In this document: positions 63,046-64,000 of the stretch, one piece after another
How positions within the stretch are numbered: position 1 is the first letter of the stretch
Layout: each line of letters begins with the position of its first letter
Assembly (NCBI GenBank): GCA_041500125.1
Contig: JBGQLP010000013.1
Location: forward strand, 516 to 64,515
Length of the DNA stretch: 64,000 nt
Direction: 5' to 3'
DNA from: Gemmatimonadota bacterium
Lineage (GTDB): Bacteria > Gemmatimonadota > Gemmatimonadetes > Gemmatimonadales > GWC2-71-9
Notes under the pieces: model-generated
Databases searched by the model: none
Told to the model about the DNA's origin: nothing
What the model saw: only the letters and a program-made list of their open reading frames with translations
Position numbers and translations under genes: made by a program

Positions 63046-64000
63046 GCTCGTCCGTCGAGACACTGGTCAACAAGGAGTACAAGTACGGATTCGTGACCGA
63101 CATCGAGTCCGACGTTGCTCCGAAGGGCTTGAATGAAGACACCATCCGGATGATTTCAGCCAAGAAGGGTGAGCCCTCGTGGCTGCTGGATTGGCGCCTC
63201 AGGGCCTACCGTGGATGGCTCAAGATGTCCGAGCCACATTGGGCCAACGTCAAGTACGAGCCGATCGACTATCAATCCATCCGGTATTACTCGGCGCCTA
63301 GGACGACCAAGCCGCTGGGCAGCCTGGACGAGGTGGACCCCAAGCTCCGGGAGACGTACGAGAAGCTGGGTATCCCGCTCTCGGAGCAGAAGCTCCTGGC
63401 GGGGGTGGCTGTCGACGCAATTTTCGACTCCGTGTCCGTGGGCACCACCTACAAGGCCAAGCTCGCCGAGCAGGGTATCATCTTCTGTTCCTTCGGCGAG
63501 GCGGTGCGGGAACACCCGGACCTGGTGCAGAAGTATTTGGGATCCGTCGTGCCGCTGAGCGATAACTTTTTCGCGGCTTTGAACGCCGCGGTCTTCAGTG
63601 ATGGCTCCTTCGTGTACGTGCCCAAAGGAGTCAAGTGTCCCCTCGAGCTCTCGACGTACTTCCGCATCAACACGGCAGAGACCGGACAGTTCGAGCGTAC
63701 GCTGATTATCGCCGACGAAGGCGCCTCGGTGAGCTATCTGGAAGGATGCACCGCGCCCAAGCGGGACGAGAATCAGCTGCATGCCGCCGTCGTGGAGTTA
63801 GTGGCGCTTGAGGGAGCGACCATCAAGTACTCCACCGTGCAGAACTGGTATGCCGGCGACGAGCGGGGAGTCGGGGGCGTGTTCAACTTCGTGACCAAGC
63901 GAGGCAAGTGCGTCGGGGCCAACTCCAAAATCTCCTGGACCCAGGTGGAGACCGGCTCTGCCATCACCTGGAAGTATCCCAGCGTCATCCTCCAGGGCGA
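63042..64000 (+). CDS. sufB: Fe-S cluster assembly protein SufB; 3' end runs off the right edge
   Basis: Absent from the track (no stop). ATG 63042 (ATGA overlap) gives [56 protein letters not shown]...[33 protein letters not shown]...KYSTVQNWY. Confidence 0.95.
   Translation, partial: MSSSVETLVNKEYKYGFVTDIESDVAPKGLNEDTIRMISAKKGEPSWLLDWRLRAYRGWLKMSEPHWANVKYEPIDYQSIRYYSAPRTTKPLGSLDEVDPKLRETYEKLGIPLSEQKLLAGVAVDAIFDSVSVGTTYKAKLAEQGIIFCSFGEAVREHPDLVQKYLGSVVPLSDNFFAALNAAVFSDGSFVYVPKGVKCPLELSTYFRINTAETGQFERTLIIADEGASVSYLEGCTAPKRDENQLHAAVVELVALEGATIKYSTVQNWYAGDERGVGGVFNFVTKRGKCVGANSKISWTQVETGSAITWKYPSVILQG

Noticed and set aside
63156-63988. Minus-strand ORFs 63156..63782 and 63773..63988
   Set aside because: They are antisense to the unmistakable SufB reading frame, which runs off the window and is therefore missing from the track.

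Overview
High-GC bacterial chromosomal segment (GC judged by eye), densely coding with many 4-nt start/stop overlaps. It spans the replication-origin neighbourhood: mnmE-yidC-yidD-rnpA-rpmH on the minus strand diverge from dnaA-dnaN on the plus strand at about 31.4-33.3 kb. Other housekeeping genes: upp, holA, mutS, cystathionine beta-synthase, ddl, polA, pyrE, rnd, def, RNase P RNA (rnpB), tRNA-Phe, and the start of a sufR-sufB operon. The rest is envelope and signalling content: two Ser/Thr kinases, an SBP-HK-sigma54 activator module, TPR/PKD/GWxTD/SPOR/TonB_C/patatin-Omp85 proteins and several peptidases. This mix would fit a Gemmatimonadota/Acidobacteriota-like organism, but that is inference only. 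I saw no rRNA, CRISPR array, transposase, integrase or prophage genes. Leads worth a second look: (1) an imperfect inverted 9-bp-periodic repeat element (purine array ...CGG, then pyrimidine array CCGNCCTTY) at three loci, each just 5' of a plus-strand start (SPOR-protein ATG inside the holA ORF, dnaA, polA); (2) a self-contained sigma54 circuit: SBP5-like lipoprotein, then HK, then NtrC-type activator, then two GTGTCC-N4-GGACAC sites, then a canonically spaced -24/-12 promoter, then a TPR lipoprotein; (3) an uncharacterised ~60-aa domain present both as a standalone ORF and fused to the C-terminus of a GNAT, inside a HIT-like/unknown/GNAT/DinB operon; (4) a ~35-nt GC-rich inverted repeat with G4-type G-tracts filling the divergent rnd/thioesterase intergenic region; (5) three genes whose conserved N-termini lie upstream of any ATG/GTG/TTG (apparent CTG, ATC and ATT/ATA starts). 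All functional calls come from reading the translations against remembered family motifs. No database search was run. Non-CDS coordinates were hand-anchored to ORF-track coordinates and may be off by 1-2 nt.
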